NCBI GenBank assembly: GCA_041618535.1
Contig: JBFKFP010000001.1
Location: forward strand, 33,146 to 97,145
Direction: 5' to 3'
Length of the DNA: 64,000 nt
From: Flavobacteriaceae bacterium
GTDB taxonomy: Bacteria > Bacteroidota > Bacteroidia > Flavobacteriales > Flavobacteriaceae
Below the pieces are notes generated by a model. The model was not told the origin of the DNA. It saw only the letters and a program-made list of their open reading frames with translations, and did no database searches. This document shows, one piece after another, positions 18,028-26,838 of the stretch (positions are counted from its first letter, which is position 1; each line of letters opens with the position of its first letter). The position numbers were made by a program, and so were the translations under genes.

Positions 18028-19257
18028 TTAACGTTCCCTCACAGAGAGCCCGATTCGCCCCATATCTCTCCAGAAATCCGGATAGGATTTACTGACAACG
18101 CCTGCATCCTCGATAAACAGCTCTGTGACAAGGGCGAGGGGAGCAAAGGCCATGGCCATCCTGTGGTCGTTATAAGTCTTCACCAACTGTTTAGTTTTCA
18201 GCTGTTCAGGAGAATGAAGTTTAAGAGTTCTATCGGTAATCTCAACCCTGCCTCCAAATTTTTCAATCTCCTGCTTCAGAGCTTCGAGCCTATCTGTCTC
18301 TTTTATTTTTAATGTATGAAGGCCGGAAAGGTCGCAATCCAAACCAAGGCCCAGGCAACTAACGGCTATGGTTTGAGCCAGGTCGGGGGTATCAACCAGG
18401 TCAAATGAAACTAAGCGATTTTCCGGGTCAGCTGTCTTCTCGAGGATCAAAACATCCCCGTCAAAACGGGATAATACTCCGAATTTTCTGTAAATAGAAA
18501 CAAGTGCCGAATCCCCCTGGTAACTGTTGTCGCGATAAGAGCGGAGCTTGATCCTGGTGCCGATTGAACTTAAGGCTGCTAATGAGTAGAAATATGAAGC
18601 AGAAGACCAGTCTGATTCTACTGTTACATCTACGGCATTATTCATTTTCCCGTATTCCTCAACCATTATTCTTCCATCTTCGAAAGAACATTTTATACCA
18701 ACTCTTGACAGCAGCTTCTGGGTCATTTTTATATAAGGAACGGAAGTTGGTTTACCCCTTAACTGGATGGTGAGTCCGCCTTTAATCATCGAACCTATCA
18801 GCATTAATGCCGTGATATACTGACTGCTGACTCCTGATTCAAGTTCTACCCAATTTAATTGGAGTTCCCGGCCTTTGATTCTTAAAGGAGGATATTCTTC
18901 CGCTTCCATGTATTTTATGTCCGCTCCAAGTTTACGCAAGGCATCTACCAGTATGCCAATTGGCCTCTGCTTCATCCGGTTTGAGCCTGTTAAAACAACC
19001 TCTCTGCCAGCCGTTGCGGCAAAATAGGCGGTCAGGAACCTCATGGCAGTCCCTGCATGATGAATATCCACTATGTCAGAATCTGATTCCAATGCTTTTT
19101 TCATCAATCTTACGTCATCTGCGTTAGAGAGATTATAAAGCTTTATTCCCGGGATTAGGGACTGCAGTATCAAGAGTCGGTTAGACTCACTTTTGGAACC
19201 CGTAAGGACGAATTCAGTACCATTAACCAGGTTGGATTGAGAAAGATGAACCTCCAT
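18028..19257 (-). CDS. aroA: 3-phosphoshikimate 1-carboxyvinyltransferase (EPSP synthase)
   Basis: 409 aa with motifs GSKSESNR, AGTAMRFL and DHRMAMAFAPLAL. Confidence 0.9.
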   Translation of the reverse strand: MEVHLSQSNLVNGTEFVLTGSKSESNRLLILQSLIPGIKLYNLSNADDVRLMKKALESDSDIVDIHHAGTAMRFLTAYFAATAGREVVLTGSNRMKQRPIGILVDALRKLGADIKYMEAEEYPPLRIKGRELQLNWVELESGVSSQYITALMLIGSMIKGGLTIQLRGKPTSVPYIKMTQKLLSRVGIKCSFEDGRIMVEEYGKMNNAVDVTVESDWSSASYFYSLAALSSIGTRIKLRSYRDNSYQGDSALVSIYRKFGVLSRFDGDVLILEKTADPENRLVSFDLVDTPDLAQTIAVSCLGLGLDCDLSGLHTLKIKETDRLEALKQEIEKFGGRVEITDRTLKLHSPEQLKTKQLVKTYNDHRMAMAFAPLALVTELFIEDAGVVSKSYPDFWRDMGRIGLSVRER

Positions 19258-19584
19258 TTATTTCAGCTTTTCATTTCCATGATGCCTGTCATGGTCGCGT
19301 TTCGCCTTTAATGTCAGCTTTCGTTCGAACGCTTGTTGAAGATCGACTCCAGTCTGATTGGCAAGGCAGAGAACAACAAAAAGTACATCGGCCAATTCCT
19401 CACCCAGATCTTTTTCTTTATCACTGTCTTTTTCAGACTGCTCCCCGTAACGACGAGCAATGATTCTGGCTACCTCACCTACTTCTTCAGTTAACTGAGC
19501 CATGTTGGTCAATTCATTAAAGTACCTCACACCATGTGTTTTTATCCATTGATCTACGGCATGTTGGGCATTCGATATATCCAT
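19258..19584 (-). CDS. MazG-type nucleotide pyrophosphohydrolase domain protein
   Basis: About 108 aa with the EExxE..E/D helical motif (LTEEVGEVARI...LGEELADVLF). The ATG at 19584 is preferred because the track start at 19611 overlaps dtd. Confidence 0.75.
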   Translation of the reverse strand: MDISNAQHAVDQWIKTHGVRYFNELTNMAQLTEEVGEVARIIARRYGEQSEKDSDKEKDLGEELADVLFVVLCLANQTGVDLQQAFERKLTLKAKRDHDRHHGNEKLK

Positions 19585-19588
19585 GTTT

Positions 19589-20041
19589 TTATTCTTTGTT
19601 CTTAGTATCAATTATAATGGTCACAGGGCCGTCATTAACAAGACCTACTTTCATATCCGCACCAAACTCCCCGGAGTGAACCGGCTTCCTTAAAACGGCT
19701 TCCAGATAGGCTTTAAATTTTTCATACAGCGGAATGGCCACATCGGGTTTTGCAGCCCTGATATAACTTGGCCTGTTTCCCTTTTTAGTACTGGCATGGA
19801 GGGTAAACTGGCTAACTACCACTATCTCTCCATTCACATCTAACAAGGATTTGTTCATGACCTCGTTCTCATCTGGAAAAATACGAAGATTGATTATCTT
19901 ATTCACCAGCCACTGAATATCTTCCTGACCATCCTCATTCACTATGCCAAGCAATACGAGCAATCCCGTACCGATTTCAGCTGCATTCCGCCCGGCAATT
20001 TTTACATGGCATTCCGATACTCTTTGAACAACTGCGCGCAT
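19589..20041 (-). CDS. dtd: D-aminoacyl-tRNA deacylase
   Basis: 150 aa with the Dtd signature SQFTL and the C-terminal NDGPVT motif. Confidence 0.9.
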   Translation of the reverse strand: MRAVVQRVSECHVKIAGRNAAEIGTGLLVLLGIVNEDGQEDIQWLVNKIINLRIFPDENEVMNKSLLDVNGEIVVVSQFTLHASTKKGNRPSYIRAAKPDVAIPLYEKFKAYLEAVLRKPVHSGEFGADMKVGLVNDGPVTIIIDTKNKE

Positions 20042-20043
20042 AC

Positions 20044-20997
20044 CTATTCCCTGTAATTTTCCTCCTCCCCCTCAAGGATCTGAAGATAGCTCCTGTACCT
20101 CGAATAGGCTACTTCATCGTTTTCAAGAGCCTCCTTAACCGCGCATTTGGGTTCATGCATGTGGAGGCAGTTATTGAATTTGCATTGCTCCTTTAAACGG
20201 AAGAACTCCGGGAAATAATCTCCGACCTCATCCTCGTCCATATCTACCACCCCGAAACCACGTATTCCCGGGGTATCTATTATCTTGGCATCGAAACTCA
20301 GATCGAACATCTCTGCGAATGTGGTGGTGTGCTGCCCCTGCAGATGCTGCTCAGAGATGGCCCGGGTCTTTAAATTCAATCCGGGTTCAAGCGCATTGAT
20401 CAGGGTAGATTTACCAACTCCTGAATTCCCTGAAAACATGTTGACTTTACCGATCATCAGCTCCTTCACTTTATCAATATTCTTTCCGGTAGCAGCTGAT
20501 ATGCCAATACACTCATAACCGATCTTTCTGTAAACAGATGCGAGGTACCTGCCCTCCAGCATATCCTCTTCATCATACATATCCATCTTGTTAAAGAGCA
20601 AGATCGTTTTTATTGAATAAGCTTCAGCGGTAACAAGAAACCGATCGATAAAACTTGTAAAGGTCACGGGGCTCTTGATGGTGATCAACAGAAAAACCTG
20701 GTCGATATTACTGGCGATAATATGTGTTTGAGCTGACAGCTTTACCGACTTTCTTACGATATAATTTTTGCGTTCCTGTATACGTTTGATGATCCCCGTT
20801 TCTTTATCGCTTTTGTCCTCCAGCTCAAATTCCACGAAATCACCCACTGCAATTGGATTGGTGCTTTTGATTTCCTCGATCCTGAACTTGCCTTTTATAC
20901 GGCAATCATAGACCTTACCATTCAATGTTTTGACGGTATACCAGCTACCTGTGGATTTATAAACTTGACCGGTCATCAGATTCCAAAAGTAAGTCAA
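20044..20997 (-). CDS. rsgA: Ribosome small-subunit-dependent GTPase A
   Basis: Circularly permuted GTPase motifs (NKMD, then GNSGVGKS) and a C-terminal zinc knuckle (CKFNNCLHMHEPKCAV). The probable true start is the Met at 20976. Confidence 0.9.
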   Translation of the reverse strand: MTYFWNLMTGQVYKSTGSWYTVKTLNGKVYDCRIKGKFRIEEIKSTNPIAVGDFVEFELEDKSDKETGIIKRIQERKNYIVRKSVKLSAQTHIIASNIDQVFLLITIKSPVTFTSFIDRFLVTAEAYSIKTILLFNKMDMYDEEDMLEGRYLASVYRKIGYECIGISAATGKNIDKVKELMIGKVNMFSGNSGVGKSTLINALEPGLNLKTRAISEQHLQGQHTTTFAEMFDLSFDAKIIDTPGIRGFGVVDMDEDEVGDYFPEFFRLKEQCKFNNCLHMHEPKCAVKEALENDEVAYSRYRSYLQILEGEEENYRE

Positions 20998-21060
20998 AAA
21001 ATAATGACGCAGGTTATCTATTAATATCTATATTCGCTTATCAAAAATATTAAATCAACC

Positions 21061-21711
21061 ATGAAGAACATTTTTCTAATCGTGATGGCTTGTCTCTTTT
21101 GCTCAACCATCAATGGACAAACCAACCTATATGTTAATCCGGAGTTCGAAGCAATAGCCCTGGAACATAAAATTATTGCCGTTGTACCTTTTAAAACCCA
21201 GGTCACGCTCCGACCCAAGCAAATGAAAGACATGACGCCTGAGCAACTCGACAGGCTTGAAAAAGCGGAGGGAGAGGGCATTCAAACAGCTATGTACTCG
21301 TGGTTTTTAAAACGAAAGAAGCGCGGCAAACTCCAATCTATCGAAGTTCAGGATCCAAAGGTTACCACAGCGATGCTTGGCAAAATGGATATCTCATATG
21401 ACAACATAACAAACTACACGCCGAAGGAATTGGCTGAGATCCTGGAAGTTGATGCAGTGATCTCCGGCGAATTCGAAACGAATAAACCTATGTCTGAAGG
21501 AGCCTCTGCCGTTCTTGGATTGCTCGTTGGGTTTTGGGGCAGCACTAATAATGCAGTTGTCAATATGAGTGTACATAATGCAGCCGATGGCGTACTTCTA
21601 TGGAATTATAACAAGAAAGTAACCGGAAGTATCGGGAGCAGCCCGGAAGACCTTATCAATGTCCTTATGAGAAAAGCCTCACGCCGATTAGCCTATACAA
21701 AAGCTGATTAG
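21061..21711 (+). CDS. Secreted protein, function unknown
   Basis: 216 aa with an N-terminal signal peptide. No recognised motif. Confidence 0.5.
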   Translation: MKNIFLIVMACLFCSTINGQTNLYVNPEFEAIALEHKIIAVVPFKTQVTLRPKQMKDMTPEQLDRLEKAEGEGIQTAMYSWFLKRKKRGKLQSIEVQDPKVTTAMLGKMDISYDNITNYTPKELAEILEVDAVISGEFETNKPMSEGASAVLGLLVGFWGSTNNAVVNMSVHNAADGVLLWNYNKKVTGSIGSSPEDLINVLMRKASRRLAYTKAD

Positions 21712-21736
21712 CTCAAAAAAAGTAAAGATTGATAAA

Positions 21737-21759
21737 AGCTCGCTTCGGCGGGCTTTTTT
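21737..21759 (+). terminator. Intrinsic terminator
   Basis: AGCTCGC-TTCG-GCGGGCT hairpin (7 bp, UUCG loop) followed by T6. Confidence 0.8.
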
Positions 21760-21887
21760 AATTCATGTTCAATTCCGAATTTTAAAATTCGGGGTTTAAA
21801 ATATTTATCAGGATTTCATTAAATTTAAGGGAAAGAAAAATTGATTTCAGAATTGGATTTGTCTGAAGTTACCTAAAAATTTAAGCT

Positions 21888-22637
21888 ATGAAAAAAATAT
21901 GCTTCCTCAGCCTTCTTGCATTCGGTACGATTCTTAATTCAGGTGCCCAAACAGATACGGTTGTCAGCAGTCATGAAAATGAATGGCAATTCGAAGTTAC
22001 TCCCTATGTCTGGATAGCAGGATTCAGGGCGGTGACCGATTTCAGGCAGGGACTTAGTACCCAGGTTGAAGCCGACTTTTCAAAAATCCGCGAAAAACTT
22101 GAGTTAACCGGTTCTTTGCATGCTGAAGTTTCAAATGGCCGATTCTTTTTTATGGGAGACCTGATCTATTTCAGATCAGATAAAGGTGGTTTCCTTGATA
22201 CTGAGCCCACACAAACCCGATTGTTCATAGATCAATGGGCAGCAGAACTAGGAGGAGGATACAATTTTGTGAATAATGATAATGCCTTCCTGGTAGACGG
22301 ACTCATCGGCTGGCGGAATTTTAATATCGACAGCAGGTTAACGATAGACAGCCAGGAGGAATTTGACCGAAAGCTTATTGCAAACGATTTATTCGTGGGA
22401 GCAAGAATGAAAATTTACCAAGACCGGTGGAGTTTCATTTTGAGAGGGGATATGGGAGGATTCGGATGGGGTTCTGATTTGAGCTGGCGAATCGATGCGC
22501 TTGGCGGCTACCAGTTCAGTGAGCTTTTTACATTTAAATTTGGGTTACAAGCCTTGAGCATCGATTACAGGAAAGATACTTACGGTCTGGAAATGCTAAC
22601 AACTGGCCTGACCTTTGGTGGTGAAATCAATTTTTGA
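21888..22637 (+). CDS. Putative outer-membrane beta-barrel protein, function unknown
   Basis: 249 aa with a signal peptide, alternating aromatic/hydrophobic strands and a C-terminal ..FGGEINF. Confidence 0.5.
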   Translation: MKKICFLSLLAFGTILNSGAQTDTVVSSHENEWQFEVTPYVWIAGFRAVTDFRQGLSTQVEADFSKIREKLELTGSLHAEVSNGRFFFMGDLIYFRSDKGGFLDTEPTQTRLFIDQWAAELGGGYNFVNNDNAFLVDGLIGWRNFNIDSRLTIDSQEEFDRKLIANDLFVGARMKIYQDRWSFILRGDMGGFGWGSDLSWRIDALGGYQFSELFTFKFGLQALSIDYRKDTYGLEMLTTGLTFGGEINF

Positions 22638-22654
22638 TATCCCCTGAAAAAAAT

Positions 22655-22684
22655 ACAAAAAACCCGCCGAAGCGGGCTTTTTTA
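22655..22684. terminator. Bidirectional intrinsic terminator between convergent genes
   Basis: CCCGC-CGAA-GCGGG hairpin flanked by A6 and T6. On the minus strand the loop reads UUCG. Confidence 0.7.
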
Positions 22685-23767
22685 TCAGTCGTTAATAATT
22701 TTTTCCTGGTGATTGATAGACTCCTGGTGAATGGCCTTGAACATCCGAAGAACAAATTCTTCACTAAGGTTTTTCTCTTCACCCTCAAGGATCATCTTCC
22801 CGAGGATTTCATTCCACCGTTTGGTTTGCAGAACCGCCACGTTGTACTCTTTTTTCAAATTTCCTATATCGTCTGCAACAGTCATGCGTTTCCCCAGCAT
22901 CTCGATTAGCTGGTGATCAATAACATCGATCTTGGTTCTAAGCGTATTGATCCTGTTGTTGAATTCGGCTTCATCACCCGATTCTTTTCTTACCCTTAAA
23001 TCCTCCATATATTGAATCATTGATTCAGGGGTGATCTGCTGTGCCGCATCGCTCCAGGCATTATCCGGATCATGATGGGTTTCAACCATCAAACCATCAT
23101 AATTCAGGTCAAGAGCGGTTTGGCAGAGATCAAAAATAATATCTCTCTTCCCGGCAATATGCGAGGGATCAAGCAATAAAGGAAGATCGGGGAATCGATT
23201 CTGAAGGTCGATCGCCAACTGCCACTCCGGGTTGTTCCTGTAGCGCGTTTTCTCGTAGGTTGAGAAACCACGGTGGATAACCCCTATATTCTTGATATCG
23301 GCCTTATAAATTCGCTCAACAGCTCCAAGCCACAATGAAAGGTCAGGATTCACCGGATTCTTGATCAGGACCGGCTTATCGGTACCTCTCAGGGCATCGG
23401 CTATTTCCTGGACAATAAACGGACTAACAGTAGTTCTCGCCCCTATCCAGAAAATGTCCACATCGTGTTGCATGGCCAGGTCAACGTGATTCGCATTGGC
23501 AACCTCGGTTGTTATCAGCAACCCGGTTTCCTCTTTTGCACGTTGTAACCATTTCAATCCAAGGGCTCCAACACCTTCAAAATTACCCGGGCGCGTCCTG
23601 GGTTTCCATATTCCCGCACGAAAAACGGTCGCATCGCTATCCTTGAGCTTGTGGGCTATGGTCAGCACCTGTTCTTCTGTTTCAGCACTACACGGACCGG
23701 CGATCACCAACGGATGGGAAAGTCCCATGCCGTCGAGCCAATTTCGGAGTTCTTTCTTATTTTCCAT
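22685..23767 (-). CDS. Bifunctional 3-deoxy-7-phosphoheptulonate (DAHP) synthase type I-beta / chorismate mutase
   Basis: 360 aa. The N-terminal about 265 aa is a KDO8P/DAHP synthase-like barrel (IAGPCS..E, KPRT, DPSH). The C-terminal about 90 aa is an AroQ-type chorismate mutase helix bundle (R..ID.ID..L..LL..R). Confidence 0.85.
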   Translation of the reverse strand: MENKKELRNWLDGMGLSHPLVIAGPCSAETEEQVLTIAHKLKDSDATVFRAGIWKPRTRPGNFEGVGALGLKWLQRAKEETGLLITTEVANANHVDLAMQHDVDIFWIGARTTVSPFIVQEIADALRGTDKPVLIKNPVNPDLSLWLGAVERIYKADIKNIGVIHRGFSTYEKTRYRNNPEWQLAIDLQNRFPDLPLLLDPSHIAGKRDIIFDLCQTALDLNYDGLMVETHHDPDNAWSDAAQQITPESMIQYMEDLRVRKESGDEAEFNNRINTLRTKIDVIDHQLIEMLGKRMTVADDIGNLKKEYNVAVLQTKRWNEILGKMILEGEEKNLSEEFVLRMFKAIHQESINHQEKIIND

Positions 23768-23772
23768 AACAA

Positions 23773-24627
23773 CTATTCTTCTATTCCTTTTAAAATCTGT
23801 TTTATATAATTTGTGTTAGCCATTTCTTCATAAATTCTTTCGAATTCCCCGGCCTCCATCAGTTTCTTGAAATTTTCAAGATTGCAAATGTACTCATTTA
23901 AAGTCTCAATTACATTGGTTTTATTCTGCCTGAAAATCGGGGTCCACATATCGGGTGAACTTTTCGCCAGTCTAACTGTGCTTTCGAAACCGCTTCCTGC
24001 CATGTCAAAAATGTCGCGTTCATTCTTTTCTTTTTCGATCACAGTCTTTCCAAGCATGAAGGAGCTGATATGTGACAAATGGGAAACGTAAGCGATATGT
24101 TTATCGTGGGCTTTGGGTTTCATATATCGTATACGCATTCCCATATGCTGAAAGACGTTCAAGGCTTTCTCCTGAAGCTTGAATGCGGTTTCCTCTACCT
24201 CACAAATGATATTGGTCTTACCAGCGAACAAGCCCCGAACCGCCGCTTGCGGACCACTGAATTCTGTTCCTGCAATAGGATGTGTAGCAAGGAAATTCCG
24301 TCTCTTGTGGTGTTCACTAACCACTTTGCATATATCTTCTTTGGTAGAGCCCACATCAAGCACAACTGCTTCATCCGGAATTCGATTTAAAATTTCAGGA
24401 AGAAACTCTACAGCTGCATCAACCGGTATGGCCAGTATGACAAACTCAGCGTTGGCCAGGTCTTCAATTTCAAATTGTTTGTCGATGATTCCGAGGTCGA
24501 GGGCTTGTTTGACATGATCGGGTTTTGAATCGATCCCATATACCCTGAGTTCGGGATACAAAGCCTTTATATCCAGGGCCATGCTTCCTCCAATCAATCC
24601 AACTCCTATGACATGCAAGCTATTCAT
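23773..24627 (-). CDS. tyrA: Prephenate (or arogenate) dehydrogenase
   Basis: 284 aa with an N-terminal Rossmann motif (VIGVGLIGGS) and the HPIAG motif. Lies in the aromatic operon. Confidence 0.85.
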   Translation of the reverse strand: MNSLHVIGVGLIGGSMALDIKALYPELRVYGIDSKPDHVKQALDLGIIDKQFEIEDLANAEFVILAIPVDAAVEFLPEILNRIPDEAVVLDVGSTKEDICKVVSEHHKRRNFLATHPIAGTEFSGPQAAVRGLFAGKTNIICEVEETAFKLQEKALNVFQHMGMRIRYMKPKAHDKHIAYVSHLSHISSFMLGKTVIEKEKNERDIFDMAGSGFESTVRLAKSSPDMWTPIFRQNKTNVIETLNEYICNLENFKKLMEAGEFERIYEEMANTNYIKQILKGIEE

Positions 24628-25770
24628 TTATTTGATCCTGTTTAAAGCTTCTTCAATCTGCTCTTCGGGAGCGCAGAGTGAAAAGCGGATAAAACCCTCT
24701 CCATTGCTTCCGAATATCGAACCCGGAGCGATGAAAATATGATGATTCTTCAGAATCAAATCTACATACTCCTCAGACTTGAAGTATTCAGGCAACTTAG
24801 CCCAGACAAACATTCCTGCAGAATGCCTGTCGAAGGTACATTTCATTTTTTCAGCCATTTGCCAGATCATGTTACGCCTTTTCTCATATACGCTGTTCAG
24901 ACTACTATACCACACTTTCGAGCACTGCAATGCTTCAATTGCACCCTTCTGAACACCATAAAACATTCCGGAATCCATATTGCTCTTTACCTGCAAGACA
25001 TTCCTGATATGATCCTCATTACCCACAACCATTCCTACACGCCATCCTGCCATATTGAAGGTCTTACTGAGGGAATTTAACTCTATGCAGCTTTCCTTGG
25101 CCCGATTCACTTTAAGCAGGCTCCTTGGAGAATCGGTTAAAAGGAAACTATATGGATTATCATTGACAAGAAGAATATCATTGTGCTTCGCAAAAGCCAC
25201 CAACTCTGTCAGTGTTTTATAATCGGCCTGGGCGCCTGTTGGCATATGGGGATAGTTGATCCACATCAACTTGACCCGGGAAAGATCGGACTGCTGCAGG
25301 GCCATAATATCGGGCAGCCAATTGTTATCCTGGTTCAGGTCATAATATACCGGGGTTGCTCCCAATAATTTAGTTACCGCGCTGTAGGTGGGGTAACCCG
25401 GGTTAGGAACAAGGGCCTGATCACCAGGATTCAGATAAGCCATCGAAATGTGCATGATGCCCTCCTTACTTCCCATCAATGGGAGGATTTCGGTATTCGC
25501 ACTAAGGTTTACCCCATAATGCTCCTTGTAAAATCCTGCCATGGCGGCACGTAATTCAGGTAATCCCTGGTAGCTCTGGTAACGATGGGCATTATCATGG
25601 TCGAGGCTGGACTCAAGAGCCATAATCACCCGCTGTGGCGGTTGAAGATCTGGGCTGCCAATCCCCAGGTTGACCACAGGAATCCCGTTCGCCATCATGA
25701 GGTTGATCTCTCTCATCTTTCTGGAGAAGTAATATTCCTGAACACTTTTTAACCGATCTGAGGGAATCAT
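24628..25770 (-). CDS. Class I/II PLP aminotransferase (aromatic / prephenate aminotransferase candidate)
   Basis: 380 aa with the PLP-Lys motif SLSKTF and NPGYPTY. Embedded between pheA and tyrA with a 4-nt overlap to pheA. Confidence 0.75.
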   Translation of the reverse strand: MIPSDRLKSVQEYYFSRKMREINLMMANGIPVVNLGIGSPDLQPPQRVIMALESSLDHDNAHRYQSYQGLPELRAAMAGFYKEHYGVNLSANTEILPLMGSKEGIMHISMAYLNPGDQALVPNPGYPTYSAVTKLLGATPVYYDLNQDNNWLPDIMALQQSDLSRVKLMWINYPHMPTGAQADYKTLTELVAFAKHNDILLVNDNPYSFLLTDSPRSLLKVNRAKESCIELNSLSKTFNMAGWRVGMVVGNEDHIRNVLQVKSNMDSGMFYGVQKGAIEALQCSKVWYSSLNSVYEKRRNMIWQMAEKMKCTFDRHSAGMFVWAKLPEYFKSEEYVDLILKNHHIFIAPGSIFGSNGEGFIRFSLCAPEEQIEEALNRIK

Positions 25771-26597
25771 AATAACTTCGCATTTTTATATTCTCCAAGC
25801 ACTTTGAAATGCTCGGCCATAATGTTTAATAGTGACTTGGCCTTTTTGTGATCCTCATAGGAATCAAAGGTCACATCTACAAAAAAGGCATATTTCCACG
25901 GGGTTTCAATTTTCGGCAGGGATTGTATCTTCGTTAAATTAAGCTTACAATCACTCATCACATTCAATACTGTTGCCAGGCTGCCCCGTTTATGGTCTAA
26001 CTCGAATTTAAGTGAGGCTTTATCGATTTCCGATTCAGGGATTTCATGATTCTCCCTTTTTACAATTACAAATCGCGTTTCATTATGCCTGATGGTCTGG
26101 ATGCTTCTCGCCAAAATATCCAGTTCAAAAAGCTTTGCAGCCAAGTCACTTCCTATTGCTGCAACTCCACTTTTATTCGTATTTCTGATCCTCATGGCCA
26201 CCTCTGCGGTATCCTTGTCCTCCACCAGTTTTATATGAGGATATTGCCTGAAAAACTCCTTGCACTGGAGCAAGGCCATGGGATGCGAATACACTTCCCT
26301 GATATCTTCAATCGACTGGCCGGGAAGCGCCATGAGGTTATGCTGGATATCAAGGTAATATTCACCAACCACGTATAGATGATGCTGGTCGATAAGGGCG
26401 TAATTCGGAATTATGGACCCGACGATAGAATTTTCAATTGCCATAATCACAGCGTCTGTGTCATTCCCAATCAAACTCTCAACCGCGCGGTCAAAAGTTA
26501 AACACTCCAGAATGTCGACCTTGTCGTCAAAATAGTTTTTGGCGACTATATGATGGAATGATCCCTTAACTCCCTGTATGGCCACTTTCCTAATCAT
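25767..26597 (-). CDS. pheA: Prephenate dehydratase (PDT + ACT domains, no chorismate mutase domain)
   Basis: About 276 aa with a PDT domain (VAIQGVKGSFH), the TRF motif (ETRFVIV) and an ACT domain. The ATG at 26597 is preferred over the TTG at 26603 given on the track. Confidence 0.85.
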   Translation of the reverse strand: MIRKVAIQGVKGSFHHIVAKNYFDDKVDILECLTFDRAVESLIGNDTDAVIMAIENSIVGSIIPNYALIDQHHLYVVGEYYLDIQHNLMALPGQSIEDIREVYSHPMALLQCKEFFRQYPHIKLVEDKDTAEVAMRIRNTNKSGVAAIGSDLAAKLFELDILARSIQTIRHNETRFVIVKRENHEIPESEIDKASLKFELDHKRGSLATVLNVMSDCKLNLTKIQSLPKIETPWKYAFFVDVTFDSYEDHKKAKSLLNIMAEHFKVLGEYKNAKLL

Positions 26598-26604
26598 AGG
26601 CAAT

Positions 26605-26632
26605 AAAAAAAAGTCCCGAAAGATCGAGACTT
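26605..26632 (-). terminator. Attenuator terminator immediately upstream of pheA
   Basis: Minus strand reads AAGUCUCGA-UCUU-UCGGGACUU (9 bp including one G-U) followed by U8. It ends 7 nt before the pheA ATG. Confidence 0.75.
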
Positions 26633-26675
26633 GATTTATATTTCATTTAAATATCACATAGCAAGCCTCTTTCCT

Positions 26676-26732
26676 TTAACTAAAAAAGAAATAAAACCAG
26701 CTGTAATATGCGAAATTTACTAGTGTTCTCAT
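26676..26732 (-). CDS. Leader peptide of the aromatic amino-acid operon (18 aa, MRTLVNFAYYSWFYFFFS)
   Basis: ATG..TAA mini-ORF absent from the ORF track. Nine of its last 12 codons are Phe (5), Tyr (3) or Trp (1). It lies 43 nt upstream of the terminator hairpin, and alternative pairings are visible (see finding). Confidence 0.65.
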   Translation of the reverse strand: MRTLVNFAYYSWFYFFFS

Positions 26733-26838
26733 TATTGTCTGGCTAAAGTAGTTAATTCTATGAAAAAACAAAATCCAATGATATTTTTTTTCTAAAACTG
26801 CTAAAGGAAATATGTATTTTTGGGGAAATTCAGCAAAA

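Noticed and set aside
21737-22684. Near-identical GC hairpins (..CGCTTCGGCGGG..) in inverted orientation flanking the 21888-22637 gene, considered as a repeat element, MITE ends or an invertible cassette.
   Set aside because: Each hairpin is followed by a T-run in the direction of the gene it terminates and places a stable UUCG loop in that transcript. They are ordinary intrinsic terminators. The shared sequence is only about 12 nt.
22634-22909. A 91-aa plus-strand ORF spanning the terminator and the 3' end of the DAHPS/CM gene, and the 86-aa minus ORF at 21021-21281.
   Set aside because: They overlap well-supported genes or the terminator, have no motif support, and would need to be translated through a terminator hairpin.
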